A stretch of DNA of 64,000 bases from Candidatus Omnitrophota bacterium (GTDB taxonomy: Bacteria; Omnitrophota; Gorgyraeia; Gygaellales; Profunditerraquicolaceae), in the NCBI GenBank assembly GCA_043812955.1, contig JBDRLN010000012.1:12749-76748 (forward strand), read 5' to 3'. Below are positions 44,517 through 54,299 of the stretch, one piece after another (position 1 is the first letter of the stretch; each line of letters begins with the position of its first letter). The notes under the pieces were generated by a model. That model made no database searches. It was not told where the DNA came from and worked only from the letters and a program-made list of their open reading frames with translations. The position numbers and the translations under genes were made by a program.

Positions 44517-45137
44517 TCAGGAGGAAGTAATGCCGCACTTTTCGGCGAAACGGATGAGCTCAGTCACGGTTTTAGCCTGCATCTTCTGCATGACCCGGCT
44601 GCGGTGAACTTTGATCGTCTGGAGGGCTGTTCCCCGCTTTCGGGCAATCTGCTTGCTCAGCATCCCCTTGGCTACGAGTCGAAAAACCTCTAGTTCTCGC
44701 GGAGACAAGGTTTTAATGCGGCGCTTAATCTTTGATATTACGGCTTGTTCTTTATCTTGAGCTTTGCTTTTTAAGATGGCTTGCGTAATGGCACTAAGTA
44801 GCTTCTTCTTAGTAAAGGGTTTGGGAAGAAAATCAATAGCCCCTGCCTTCATGCCTTTGACGCTCATCGGAATATCACCATGTCCCGTAATAAAGACAAT
44901 AGGGATGGTGAGTTTCCGTGCTGCCATGGCATCCTGAAGCGCAAATCCATTGATATCCGGTAGCTGGATATCCAAAACCAAGCACGACGGAAATTTAAGG
45001 TGCTTAAATGCCAGGAAGTCTGCTGCACGCATAAACGTCTCGACCTCAAACCCGTGTGATTTTAACAATAAGGATAGGGCCCTGCACACGGAAACATCGT
45101 CATCAACGATATAGATAATAGGCCTGCGGTTGTTCAC
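44517..45137 (-). CDS. FixJ/NarL-family response regulator (receiver + LuxR-type HTH); GTG start coupled to the kinase stop
   Basis: Receiver IYIVDDDVSVCRAL...VLDIQLPDINGF...LPKPF; C-terminal HTH LSPRELEVFRLVAKGMLSKQIARKRGTALQTIKVHRSRVMQKM. Confidence 0.9.
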   Translation of the reverse strand: MNNRRPIIYIVDDDVSVCRALSLLLKSHGFEVETFMRAADFLAFKHLKFPSCLVLDIQLPDINGFALQDAMAARKLTIPIVFITGHGDIPMSVKGMKAGAIDFLPKPFTKKKLLSAITQAILKSKAQDKEQAVISKIKRRIKTLSPRELEVFRLVAKGMLSKQIARKRGTALQTIKVHRSRVMQKMQAKTVTELIRFAEKCGITSS

Positions 45138-46081
45138 TAAACATCCTTCTTATTAACAGGAAGGGTAAAATAAAAAGTTGCCCCGCGATCAGGATTATTT
45201 TTTACATCCAATCGCCCGCCATGCCCCTCAATAATAGAACGGCTGATAGACAACCCCATACCCAAACCATCTGGCTTGCTGGTAAAAAATCGGGTGAATA
45301 GCTTAGGCATATTGTGTATAGGTATTCCACATCCGGAATCCTTCACCTCCACGATAATCGTGTCGGTATCTAAAAGCTTTGTGCGAATCAATATGTTACG
45401 GGCACCTTTACTACTCTCCAAGGCATCGAAACTATTGCTAATAAGATTCAGGAAAACCTGCTGCAGCTGTATTCGGTCGCCACAGACAAGCGGGATATTA
45501 GTATCCAACTCAGTTTTAATGATACTGTTCCTCACGGTGGCATCAGTGGCAATAAGCACGATAGTTTCGTTAATAAGAGCATTAATATCTATGGGCTTCC
45601 TTTCAGGCTTATTCTTCTTTAACAGTGAGCGTAATCGCTGGATGACATCAGTCGCCCGCTGGCCATCATTAATGATGTACTGAAGAATCTCCTGGAGTTT
45701 AGGCTCCCTGCCTACGAGCATGCGTTTGGCAGCCTGAGCGTAGGAAAGAATGGCCGTAAGAGGCTGGCTAATCTCATGAGCCAAAGACGAAACAAATTCC
45801 GCAAGTTTTCCCACCCTCGTGACGTGCAAAAGCTCCTGGCGCTGTTCATCAATCTCTTTCATACGAATCTGGATCTGCGCTTCTGAGCATATCTGTTTCT
45901 CGGCCCCAATCCTCAATTGCCCATTTCTTACCTTCAGCTCATCGGTTTGCTGCCGGATTTTATCTTTCAAATCGCTACGGTTTTTACGTAAACTAGCGAC
46001 TACCTCCTCAAGACGCACGCTCTCCCTGTTTCGGATTTTATTTCTCAATACGGGCTTTTTCGTTTTCTTTTTAATTTTCAT
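45137..46081 (-). CDS. cytoplasmic sensor histidine kinase (coiled-coil N-terminus, HisKA + HATPase_c, no recognisable sensor domain)
   Basis: H-box LAHEISQPLTAI; N box LISNSFDAL; G boxes DSGCGI, GLGMGLSISRSI; 314 aa. Confidence 0.85.
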   Translation of the reverse strand: MKIKKKTKKPVLRNKIRNRESVRLEEVVASLRKNRSDLKDKIRQQTDELKVRNGQLRIGAEKQICSEAQIQIRMKEIDEQRQELLHVTRVGKLAEFVSSLAHEISQPLTAILSYAQAAKRMLVGREPKLQEILQYIINDGQRATDVIQRLRSLLKKNKPERKPIDINALINETIVLIATDATVRNSIIKTELDTNIPLVCGDRIQLQQVFLNLISNSFDALESSKGARNILIRTKLLDTDTIIVEVKDSGCGIPIHNMPKLFTRFFTSKPDGLGMGLSISRSIIEGHGGRLDVKNNPDRGATFYFTLPVNKKDV

Positions 46082-46232
46082 TTATTGTTGTTTGCCGATC
46101 TTTTTGCCCAATAAGAAGAATACCCTATGGCTACATAACCCTTAGGATATATTTTACTACTAAAAAAAAACTCTTCAATAAATTTTATACATAAGCTCGG
46201 GTGCTGCCGGTGCATTGCCTTCTGCAATCAAA

Positions 46233-46262
46233 AGGCTATTGATCGTATTTGATCAATAGCCT
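46233..46262 (-). terminator. perfect 12-bp-stem hairpin AGGCTATTGATC/GATCAATAGCCT followed by TTTTGATTG on the minus strand; terminator of the 46308..46763 gene
   Basis: Read directly from the sequence. Confidence 0.5.
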
Positions 46263-46307
46263 ATAAACTCTCCCAATTTTTCTACACCTTAGGTGCGGGG
46301 TTATTCC

Positions 46308-46763
46308 TTACTCAACTTCACGCAGTCTTTTTGCGGCTTCTTCGAGCGCTTTGCGCGCCTGGTCTCTTACATTAATCCAATTACCCTGATTAGCGGCACT
46401 TACCATCACTAATTGCTCGGAAAGACCTTGCTTTATATGCTCGAGCGTATTTATATCAGCCTTAACTTTTTCTGTCTGCCCTTGGCGTTGTCGTTGCGTT
46501 ATATTAGCATCTACAAGCTCGATTTTTCTTTGCAATACTTTTGTAAACTTATCCTTTTGCTTATAGGGATAGTTTTTTAGAATCTCAAACACAAGCTGAT
46601 TGGGGTCCTCTTTGTTGCCTGACGTATTTTCTTTTATACTGCATTTGCTAGAATTGGCAAGGTTATAATAATCCCGCGGTTCACAAAGTTCGATTGCATA
46701 CACTTGGCATAAAAATTGTGACCCTAAAAATAACGCTGCACCTGCCACATAGAGTATCTTCAT
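46308..46763 (-). CDS. secreted hypothetical protein
   Basis: Signal peptide MKILYVAGAALFLGSQFLCQVYA; charged/coiled C-terminal half; no domain recognised. Confidence 0.5.
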   Translation of the reverse strand: MKILYVAGAALFLGSQFLCQVYAIELCEPRDYYNLANSSKCSIKENTSGNKEDPNQLVFEILKNYPYKQKDKFTKVLQRKIELVDANITQRQRQGQTEKVKADINTLEHIKQGLSEQLVMVSAANQGNWINVRDQARKALEEAAKRLREVE

Positions 46764-46826
46764 CCTTATCTCCTTTACTTTATTGCCATATTAAAAATAT
46801 CTTTTTCATTCGGTTTTTTCTGAAAC

Positions 46827-48104
46827 TTAATCCTCCGCCGCATATCCGGGTGGTGTTTTATGCCACTCATATCCATTGAACGCATCATCATATCCGCGCT
46901 TAAAGAGCCTCTGCATTTCTTTTGTATCAAAAAACTCTTTTGGATTAGACTTAAAATCGGCCGGAATATACGCTAAATTGAAATCCAGGCCCTTTCTCTT
47001 CACAAAAGCATAGATCCTGTAGATATCCCCGCCAAACGCCGCTGCCTGCAATGTCTCAAGAGAACGCAGGCCTATACCTAGCAGACTGTCTTTTACCCGT
47101 TGCCTAATCGGCGACATGTAACTAGTACTTAAAACATAAATCTGCGTCCGGTATTTTGAGGGATCGATACCAGAAACATTAGCCGCTCCTTCCATATTTT
47201 TTGTTAATCGGTCGATATAAAATATCTGCCTCATCGACCCGCCATCGACATGCATCTCATCATAAAGCTCTCCGGTTGCAGAAGAAACTTTGAAATACAC
47301 CGGAGGAAACATCATGGGCATGGCGCTTGAGGCCAGAAGTATTTTCTGGAACATTCTCACCGAATCGGCCCCGCCCTTACACGCAAGCGCCCCCATATCC
47401 CAAACAACAAACTCCTGCGCGTCAAGATTTACGGTCCCTATAAAGAGCCTGCGGCCGCGCCTATGTTCTTTGGCAACCTTTTCTATTAATTTCACATCCA
47501 CAATGGCCGAAACCTTTTTAACCAGCGGAGCGGGGCTCATAAAGGAGTTTCCGAATAAAATGCTGAATAAATTATTTTGTTTCATTATATCTTTGGTTGA
47601 AATCGTGGTAAAAAATTTCTCAAGCTGGCCGTCATAGTCTTTTCCTAAAAAAGCATAGCACGCTATGATCGCTCCGCTGCTGACGCCTGTAATTATCTTA
47701 AAAAGCGGCCGCGAGCCTTTCCTAGACCACCCCACTAAGAACCCTGCGCCATAGGCGCCCTTAGGCCCGCCGGCTGAGACGGCTAGCACAGGATAGGTCT
47801 TTCTACCAAGCAGATCGGTGGGATAATCAAAATTAGCTTCTTCTTTAAATGAATCCGCTAAGCTCTTCTGCATAGCGATCGGATCGGGATCATCAATATC
47901 AACACGGATATCCGGCATGCCGCTCATAGTAACTTTTCCGGCAGAATCTGGCGGCACGGCGTTGCGTGGCCGCATGCTCACACACCCCTGGATTGCTAGC
48001 ACGCTCATCAATAAAATAAATATAAAAAAACTGACATTAATTTTGTTCTTGTGGCTCTCGCGCATTAACCCCCACTCTCCTTTTATCGCTTCCGCTCTCG
48101 GCAT
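46827..48104 (-). CDS. secreted patatin-like phospholipase (paralog of 41349..42560)
   Basis: SAGGPKGAYGAGFLVGW oxyanion motif and GVSSGA nucleophile motif. The DGG catalytic Asp region (MHVDGGSM) and the LFKRGYDDAFNGYEWHKTPPG C-terminus are conserved. Confidence 0.75.
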   Translation of the reverse strand: MPRAEAIKGEWGLMRESHKNKINVSFFIFILLMSVLAIQGCVSMRPRNAVPPDSAGKVTMSGMPDIRVDIDDPDPIAMQKSLADSFKEEANFDYPTDLLGRKTYPVLAVSAGGPKGAYGAGFLVGWSRKGSRPLFKIITGVSSGAIIACYAFLGKDYDGQLEKFFTTISTKDIMKQNNLFSILFGNSFMSPAPLVKKVSAIVDVKLIEKVAKEHRRGRRLFIGTVNLDAQEFVVWDMGALACKGGADSVRMFQKILLASSAMPMMFPPVYFKVSSATGELYDEMHVDGGSMRQIFYIDRLTKNMEGAANVSGIDPSKYRTQIYVLSTSYMSPIRQRVKDSLLGIGLRSLETLQAAAFGGDIYRIYAFVKRKGLDFNLAYIPADFKSNPKEFFDTKEMQRLFKRGYDDAFNGYEWHKTPPGYAAED

Positions 48105-48146
48105 CTATAGTTCCGACTCTATTATAGAGAGCGACAGAATTAAATC

Positions 48147-48166
48147 AATTATACCTGGGTATAATT
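48147..48166. promoter_or_regulatory. perfect inverted repeat AATTATACC-TG-GGTATAATT in the divergent promoter region between the patatin gene (minus) and fabF (plus)
   Basis: Read directly. Overlaps a TATAAT -10-like box; a plausible fabF promoter TTGTAA-16-TGATATAAT lies at ~48220-48250. Confidence 0.55.
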
Positions 48167-48293
48167 GACACAATATTGGAATTAAATTAGCATATAAAAT
48201 AATACAAAGGACGATGATAATTTCTTGTAAATAATGATGGCAGTGATATAATTTATTTAATAAATTCCATTACTGAAATAAAAGGATCTAAAA

Positions 48294-49532
48294 ATGCCGA
48301 AGCGCCGCGTAGTGATTACCGGTTTGGGCATAGTAGCGCCCAATACTGTGGGAAAAGATAATTTTTGGTCTGCATTAACCGAAGGTAAATCCGGAATCAG
48401 AAGGATTACCCGCTTTGACCCTACCCCTTTTCCTTCCCAAATTGCCGGAGAAGTGGATTTGGATATCTTTCAATTTATTGAGCCAAAAAAGGCCCGGAGA
48501 ATGGACCGCACCACGCATCTGGCCATTGCGGCAGCCAAGCTTGCTTCTGCAGATTCCCATTTAGACCTTGCCGCTTCTAACCCGGAAAAAATCGGCGTGA
48601 TTCTGGCAACCACTATGGCCGGCAAAGGTTTTACCTTGGAACAATATGAAAATAATTACCGCGCAAAAGGCCCGATGAAAATTAGCGCCTTTACTGCCAT
48701 TGCTTCTTTTCCAGATGCTGCGGCAAGCTGTATTTCCCTTGAATTCGGATTACAGGGGCCAAGTTTATCTTTGGCAACCGCATGTTCATCTTCTTCGGAT
48801 GCGATTAGTTTTTCCCGCAGCCTGATCCAAAATGATACTGCGGATATTATGTTCGTCGGCGGAAGCGACGCACCGCTTTTTGCGCCGGTTTTTGGCTCTT
48901 TTTGTGTGTTAAGAGCTTTATCCGAAAGAAATGACGCGCCGGAAACCGCATCACGCCCCTTTGACCTATTAAGGGACGGTTTTGTTTTAAGCGAAGGTGC
49001 CGGGGTGTTGGTCTTAGAAGAATTGGAACACGCGAAAAAGAGAAATGCTCCGATCTACGCAGAAATCTTAGGCGTAAGCTCTACCTGCGATGCATACCAT
49101 ATCACCAGCCCTGACCCAAAAGGGCAACAGGCAGAACGGGCTTTAAGGTTAGCGATTCAAGAGGCTCAAATTCAACCGCAAGACGTTGATTATATTAATG
49201 CCCACGGCACTTCAACACTCTATAATGACAGAATAGAGACAATGATAATCAAAAGAATATTTGGCAATAGAGCCAAAGAAATTCCGATTTCTTCCACAAA
49301 ATCAATGATTGGGCATACCATTGCTGCCGCAGGAGCAATAGAAACTTGCGCTGCTATCTTAGCGCTGGAAAAAGGTATTATCCATCCGACAATCAACCAA
49401 GAGGTTCCTGACCCTGAATGTGACTTAAACTATGTTCCCAATAAAGCCATTAGAGCTAACCCCAAGATAATCCTAAAAAACTCTTTTGGTTTTGGCGGCA
49501 AAAATGCGGCATTAGTAATCGGTAAAATATAA
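48294..49532 (+). CDS. fabF: 3-oxoacyl-[acyl-carrier-protein] synthase II
   Basis: Active-site Cys ATACSSSSDAI; His/His motifs (NAHGTST, GHTIAAAGA); C-terminal NSFGFGG; 412 aa. Confidence 0.9.
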   Translation: MPKRRVVITGLGIVAPNTVGKDNFWSALTEGKSGIRRITRFDPTPFPSQIAGEVDLDIFQFIEPKKARRMDRTTHLAIAAAKLASADSHLDLAASNPEKIGVILATTMAGKGFTLEQYENNYRAKGPMKISAFTAIASFPDAAASCISLEFGLQGPSLSLATACSSSSDAISFSRSLIQNDTADIMFVGGSDAPLFAPVFGSFCVLRALSERNDAPETASRPFDLLRDGFVLSEGAGVLVLEELEHAKKRNAPIYAEILGVSSTCDAYHITSPDPKGQQAERALRLAIQEAQIQPQDVDYINAHGTSTLYNDRIETMIIKRIFGNRAKEIPISSTKSMIGHTIAAAGAIETCAAILALEKGIIHPTINQEVPDPECDLNYVPNKAIRANPKIILKNSFGFGGKNAALVIGKI

Positions 49533-49599
49533 AAATAAGATTTTACCGGTAAATCTAAGAGTAAGTCGCCAAACAACATGAAATCCACCGATTCTTCCG

Positions 49600-49810
49600 C
49601 CAATTTGGAACGCCCTTGATCTTGACTGGCATAATCGTCTGCGCCTTGATCCGCGCGATCTAGAAATCCTCGAAAACTTCCCGAAAGATTCCGGCTTGAT
49701 ATTGACAGCTAACCATTCTGACGAAACGGACCCCAGAGTCTGTGTCGAGCTTTCTCGCCGTTCACATCGTCGATTCATCTACATGGTTAATGCCGATTTC
49801 TTACCTAGAT
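49600..49810 (+). pseudogene. remnant of a PlsC-family acyltransferase N-terminal region
   Basis: Frame encodes ...LILTANHSDETDPRVCVELSRRSHRRFIYMVNADFL with the H-x4-D acyltransferase motif. It has no start codon and runs into the plsC start region; similar to the PlsC domain of 35538..37016 (ILYPNHASDLDGP). Confidence 0.4.
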
Positions 49811-49852
49811 TTAGCATTGACAATCTGCTCATTAAAACTTATGATATGATAT

Positions 49853-50566
49853 ATGAAAAAAATATTTTTATCGATACTCATCTGGACAGTGGGATCCCTG
49901 CTTACCATTGCCTTGTACTTCGCAATGCTATTATGCTCTGCCCTTTTTTATCCGTTTGACAAAAAACGCGCCCTTGCGCATAGGCAGTGCTTCTGGTGGT
50001 CAGATGCAGTGATCGCGCTCAACCCTTATTGGAATATTAAAATAAGCGGCTTAAACAATATCGATAAAAACCGCACCTATATAATAATAGCCAACCACCA
50101 GAGCCTAGGCGATATCGTACTTGCCTATCAGTTAAAAATGCAGTTCAAATGGGTGGCTAAAGAAAGTTTATTCAAGATACCTTTTCTTGGATGGTCAATG
50201 GCGCTGGCCAAACACATCAAGCTCCAAAGAGACAATCTGGGCAGCATAAAGAAAGTTTACCGGGAAGCACATCATTGGTTACGTAGCGGGGTATCAATAC
50301 TTTTCTTTCCGGAGGGGACACGAAGTAAAACAACCGAGATGGGCGATTTCCGTAACGGCGCGTTTAAGCTGGCGATAAAAGAGCGGGTACCGATACTACC
50401 AATGTTGTTTGAAGGGACCGGCACAGCCATACCCAGAGGTAGCTGGATATTTACCACCAAAACTTCCGCGAAGGTAAAGATCTTCCCTCCCATAGAAACA
50501 ACTGATTATCAGCCAAAAGACTATGTTAAACTCAAGGATTTAGCGCGCTCTGTTTTAGAAAAATGA
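49853..50566 (+). CDS. plsC: 1-acyl-sn-glycerol-3-phosphate acyltransferase
   Basis: N-terminal TM helix; IIIANHQSLGDIV (H-x4-D) and FPEGTRS motifs; 237 aa. Confidence 0.85.
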   Translation: MKKIFLSILIWTVGSLLTIALYFAMLLCSALFYPFDKKRALAHRQCFWWSDAVIALNPYWNIKISGLNNIDKNRTYIIIANHQSLGDIVLAYQLKMQFKWVAKESLFKIPFLGWSMALAKHIKLQRDNLGSIKKVYREAHHWLRSGVSILFFPEGTRSKTTEMGDFRNGAFKLAIKERVPILPMLFEGTGTAIPRGSWIFTTKTSAKVKIFPPIETTDYQPKDYVKLKDLARSVLEK

Positions 50567-53311
50567 TCATGATACCAGACCTGCTACCTGCTTTTTAAGC
50601 TTTATAACCTCTTGCCTTATACCTAAGGCTATTGCTTCATATTCATCTTTGGCCCCCAATTTTAGCCCCTCTACTTTAAGTTCGTCAAAATTAAAAGGCC
50701 TTCCAAAAGTTATTTTGATCGGATAAGGCCTCGGGAGCGACTTTGTCCTAGGCCAAGATTCGTATGAACCTGTTATTAATACCGGAATTAGCGGGATATT
50801 CAGCTCTTTTGCCAATATCCCGACCCCTTTTTTGAATTCTTTAACATTCCCGTCGATAGTTCTTTGACCCTCAGGAAAGATACAGACCATCTTGTCATTC
50901 TTTAGAACATAAGAAGCTGCCTGCATAGCTTCCACGAAATGCATACCCGGATCAATGGGAATAACCCTGATATATTTTATGATATCCTTAATAAAGAACT
51001 GTTCGAAATAGGCTCTAAAACCGACAAAGAAAAGGCCCTTTCGTAAACTCGCAGGCATAGCAGCCTCAACAATAAACGCATCCAGGTAACTGCCGTGGTT
51101 AACGCACAAGATGCACTTTCCCGTTCTCGGAATATTCTCTGTTCCTAAAACCTTAAGTCCCCAGATCACCCTAGACACAAGGCGTAAAATTTCAGCGAAT
51201 AGCCACATCCCTAAAATTGTCATCCGGCTTGGAGCTAAATTTAACTTTTTTATTATATCTTTAGCTGGCTTTTCGTTTAAGATCTCATTCCATAAAGTTT
51301 GGCTCTTGAGCTCTGGAATGGGCGCGCTTTGCAGTCCTTCGCCTGGAACCAGTCTTTCTATATCGAGAATAAGCTCTTTAACAGTAAAAATCTTAGCCAT
51401 TAACTCATTCGGGATGCGGATATTAAGCGCCTGCTCTAACGCGATTATTAGTTCTACGCGGCCCAACGAATCAATACCGAGATCCAATTCGATATGATCG
51501 CTGGGGGAAATCTCTCTTTCTAACTTTGCGCTTTTTTTCAGGGCCTCGATTATCTTCCTGCCAACACCGAAAGTGAGCAGCCTGAGATCCTCATCTGTAG
51601 CGGGGATTTCCTCCATCACGCCTTTTAACTTTATACCATTAAGCTCATTTAGATATTTGTTCTTAATTTCATACCTTTTTATCTTGCCCAGCCGCGTGCG
51701 CGGCAAGTCTTCCTTTACAATAATATAGCCCTTGATGCGTTTGTAGGGAGCAAGCCCCTCAGATGAATTTTCCAACTCCCATCTGATCACACTATTAAGA
51801 TCGACCTGCCCAACCTTGCGGCAATAGTCAGCGTCGGGCACTACCACGGCGGTCAACCTCTCCTCCTGCGCCCCGCCGACACCAAGAACGCATATTTCTT
51901 TAATGTAAGGGCTCTTAGTATAATGGGATTCTACCTCTTCGGGATAGATATTTTTTCCGGAGCTTAAAACAATTATCTCTTTTTTCCTTCCTGTAATATA
52001 AAGATAACCGTCCTTATCTATAAGGCCCAGGTCGCCGGAGTAAAACCATCCGTCCTTTAAAACACTCAAGGTCTCGTCCGCTCTGTTATAGTAGCCTTTC
52101 GTGACATTAGGGCCTTTGATCACCACCTCACCCATGCCGCTAACGTCAGGATTATCGATTTTCAATTCTACATCCGGGATCACTCTGCCGACAGAACCGA
52201 TCTTCTGCTTCTTTAATGGATTAAATGTTACCACCGGAGATGTTTCGGTAAGTCCGTATCCTTCAAGTATAGTAAAACCGATCTTCATAAGAAATCTCGC
52301 CGCTTCTTCATTTAACTTAGCGCCGCCACAGGCAAAAAATCTTAAAGTTTGCCCGAATGGCCGGTGTATTTTCGGCAGGGCCAGCTTGCTTAAATTTATT
52401 CCGCTAAACCTTCTTATCTGCCACAATATCTCTATCAGCCCAAAAAGAGGCGCCTTAAGTAAAAACGGCATCTTTTTCATCTTCTCTAATATATTCGTAA
52501 AAAAGAGAGAAAAAAGTTGCGGTACCCCTACCAGTATCGTTACCCCGGACTCTCTCATCAAATTCAGCAATTCATCGCTCCTAAGGCTTGAGGTATAAAT
52601 GACCCGTGCGCGGCAAAAAAGAGGCGTGATCAACGTAATCATAAAAGGGTAGGAATGATGCAGCGGTAATATCGATATGAAAGTATCCTTATCCGAGAAG
52701 AGTTTCAGCTTGTCGATACTTTGAAAATTAGAGCAAAAATTTTTATGCGTGAGCATTACTCCTTTTGGCGAGCCTGTGGTGCCTGATGTATAGATAAGCG
52801 AAGCGATATCTTCAGGAATAACTTCGGGCCATACGAGCCCTTCGCGCAAGGTAGATTTGACCTGCGCCAGACCCAAAAGGCGCTCTTTTTCAATATCCAG
52901 GTCTAATATAACGATTTTGTTCAGCCCGGCTTTTATCTTATTAATATTCTTTGTCTGAAAAACGGCGTTGGAGACAAATATGATTTTTGCGGCGCAGTCA
53001 TTGATGAGATTCTCTATTTCTTGTTCGGTCAACTGTGGATCTAGGGGGACACAGGCCAGTCCCGCAGCCATTATGCCTAAATAGATTATTGCCCATTCCG
53101 GCCGATTCTCTAAACATAAGCCAGCGAAGTCCCCCTTTTTAAAACCCTCATTTATTAGAAATGCGCCTATCCTTAGAGAGAGATCTTGAGTTTCCCCATA
53201 TGTCCATCCCTCCCAGGTAGAGCCTTTTTTTATTTGAAGGCATATCCTATCTGAAAATTGAGAAGAAATTTGAGCAAATATCTTATGGATAACTAAATCT
53301 TCCTTCTTCAT
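50567..53311 (-). CDS. tri-domain fatty-acid--AMP ligase / acyl-carrier domain / lysophospholipid acyltransferase (Aas-like but in reversed domain order)
   Basis: AMP-binding motifs YTSGTTGSPKGV and GYGLTE; phosphopantetheine site LDLGIDSLGRVEL; PlsC motif CVNHGSYLDAF and FPEGQRT; 914 aa. Confidence 0.8.
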   Translation of the reverse strand: MKKEDLVIHKIFAQISSQFSDRICLQIKKGSTWEGWTYGETQDLSLRIGAFLINEGFKKGDFAGLCLENRPEWAIIYLGIMAAGLACVPLDPQLTEQEIENLINDCAAKIIFVSNAVFQTKNINKIKAGLNKIVILDLDIEKERLLGLAQVKSTLREGLVWPEVIPEDIASLIYTSGTTGSPKGVMLTHKNFCSNFQSIDKLKLFSDKDTFISILPLHHSYPFMITLITPLFCRARVIYTSSLRSDELLNLMRESGVTILVGVPQLFSLFFTNILEKMKKMPFLLKAPLFGLIEILWQIRRFSGINLSKLALPKIHRPFGQTLRFFACGGAKLNEEAARFLMKIGFTILEGYGLTETSPVVTFNPLKKQKIGSVGRVIPDVELKIDNPDVSGMGEVVIKGPNVTKGYYNRADETLSVLKDGWFYSGDLGLIDKDGYLYITGRKKEIIVLSSGKNIYPEEVESHYTKSPYIKEICVLGVGGAQEERLTAVVVPDADYCRKVGQVDLNSVIRWELENSSEGLAPYKRIKGYIIVKEDLPRTRLGKIKRYEIKNKYLNELNGIKLKGVMEEIPATDEDLRLLTFGVGRKIIEALKKSAKLEREISPSDHIELDLGIDSLGRVELIIALEQALNIRIPNELMAKIFTVKELILDIERLVPGEGLQSAPIPELKSQTLWNEILNEKPAKDIIKKLNLAPSRMTILGMWLFAEILRLVSRVIWGLKVLGTENIPRTGKCILCVNHGSYLDAFIVEAAMPASLRKGLFFVGFRAYFEQFFIKDIIKYIRVIPIDPGMHFVEAMQAASYVLKNDKMVCIFPEGQRTIDGNVKEFKKGVGILAKELNIPLIPVLITGSYESWPRTKSLPRPYPIKITFGRPFNFDELKVEGLKLGAKDEYEAIALGIRQEVIKLKKQVAGLVS

Positions 53312-54084
53312 AGCGTATCAAGGAACCAATTTTTTACTTCCGCGACGAATTGCCTGGGATAATCCCGCATTAAGAACTCTGCGTGCGGACCGTTTTTAAT
53401 AGAAATTATTTTCTTCATCCCGCCTGCCTTTTGGAATAGGGCCTGGGAATGCCACGGCCTAATTACCCAATCCCGGCTGCCGTGTATAAACATAATCGGA
53501 ATGGTAATTTTAGCGACGTTATCAATTGGCCTTTCCTTAGGCAACCAAAATGGCCCCGGCCGCACTCCTTTGCCGATCCATCCCCTAGGATTAAATAACA
53601 TGTATACCACGTCTCCTTTCCAGTCAAAGGCCCATACCCGGTAATCAATTCTCGACATCTCCGAAGGAGCGCTGACGCAGATAAAGCTATCCACACGTTT
53701 ATCATTGGCGAGGACATTAATGCTAATACTTGCTCCTACAGAAAAGGCGATCAATCCAATCTTTGGGTAAAGCGGCGCAATAAAATCTAATACCGCACGC
53801 AAATCATTCCCTTCCCGGCTCGTCCAGGTAAATACCCCGCTGCTTTTGCCATGCCCACGAAAATCAAACATAAAAATATCGTATTCTCCCCCAAGCGCCT
53901 GAGTCAACTGCTGCAAAACCATGCACTGTTTGCTATTATAATAACCGTGCGCAATAATGATAACGGCGAGGCCGCCATTCTTAAAATGCTGGAATGATAT
54001 TTTCTGATGGTCAACAGTGGTAAGCGTACCGCTTTCTACCGCAGGAATCGCTGATTCAGGGCCCGGCGTATTCATCGCAACCAT
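53308..54084 (-). CDS. alpha/beta-hydrolase fold esterase/lipase
   Basis: HGYYNS...FRGHGKSSG oxyanion region and IAFSVGASI nucleophile elbow; 258 aa. Confidence 0.7.
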   Translation of the reverse strand: MVAMNTPGPESAIPAVESGTLTTVDHQKISFQHFKNGGLAVIIIAHGYYNSKQCMVLQQLTQALGGEYDIFMFDFRGHGKSSGVFTWTSREGNDLRAVLDFIAPLYPKIGLIAFSVGASISINVLANDKRVDSFICVSAPSEMSRIDYRVWAFDWKGDVVYMLFNPRGWIGKGVRPGPFWLPKERPIDNVAKITIPIMFIHGSRDWVIRPWHSQALFQKAGGMKKIISIKNGPHAEFLMRDYPRQFVAEVKNWFLDTL

Positions 54085-54240
54085 CCCATCTCAATTTTAG
54101 CTAAAATATTTATTTTGCAACTCTATCTTACGCGCTTTTTCGATCCCGGCCGTTAAACTCTCCCGCATCCTAAAAAGATGCTCTTTCCCTAACTTCATGT
54201 TAGTATTATAGAATATTATAGAAGTATTCGAAATGGAATC

Positions 54241-54260
54241 AATTGTACCTAGGTATTATA
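54241..54260. promoter_or_regulatory. 20-bp near-palindrome AATTGTACCTAGGTATTATA (copy 3) in the upstream region of the hydrolase / acyl-ligase-ACP-PlsC unit
   Basis: Flanking ~170 bp is homologous to 44431-44600. Confidence 0.45.
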
Positions 54261-54299
54261 GTCCTAGGATTTTACTGTTTCTTTCGGGAAAATTTTGTC

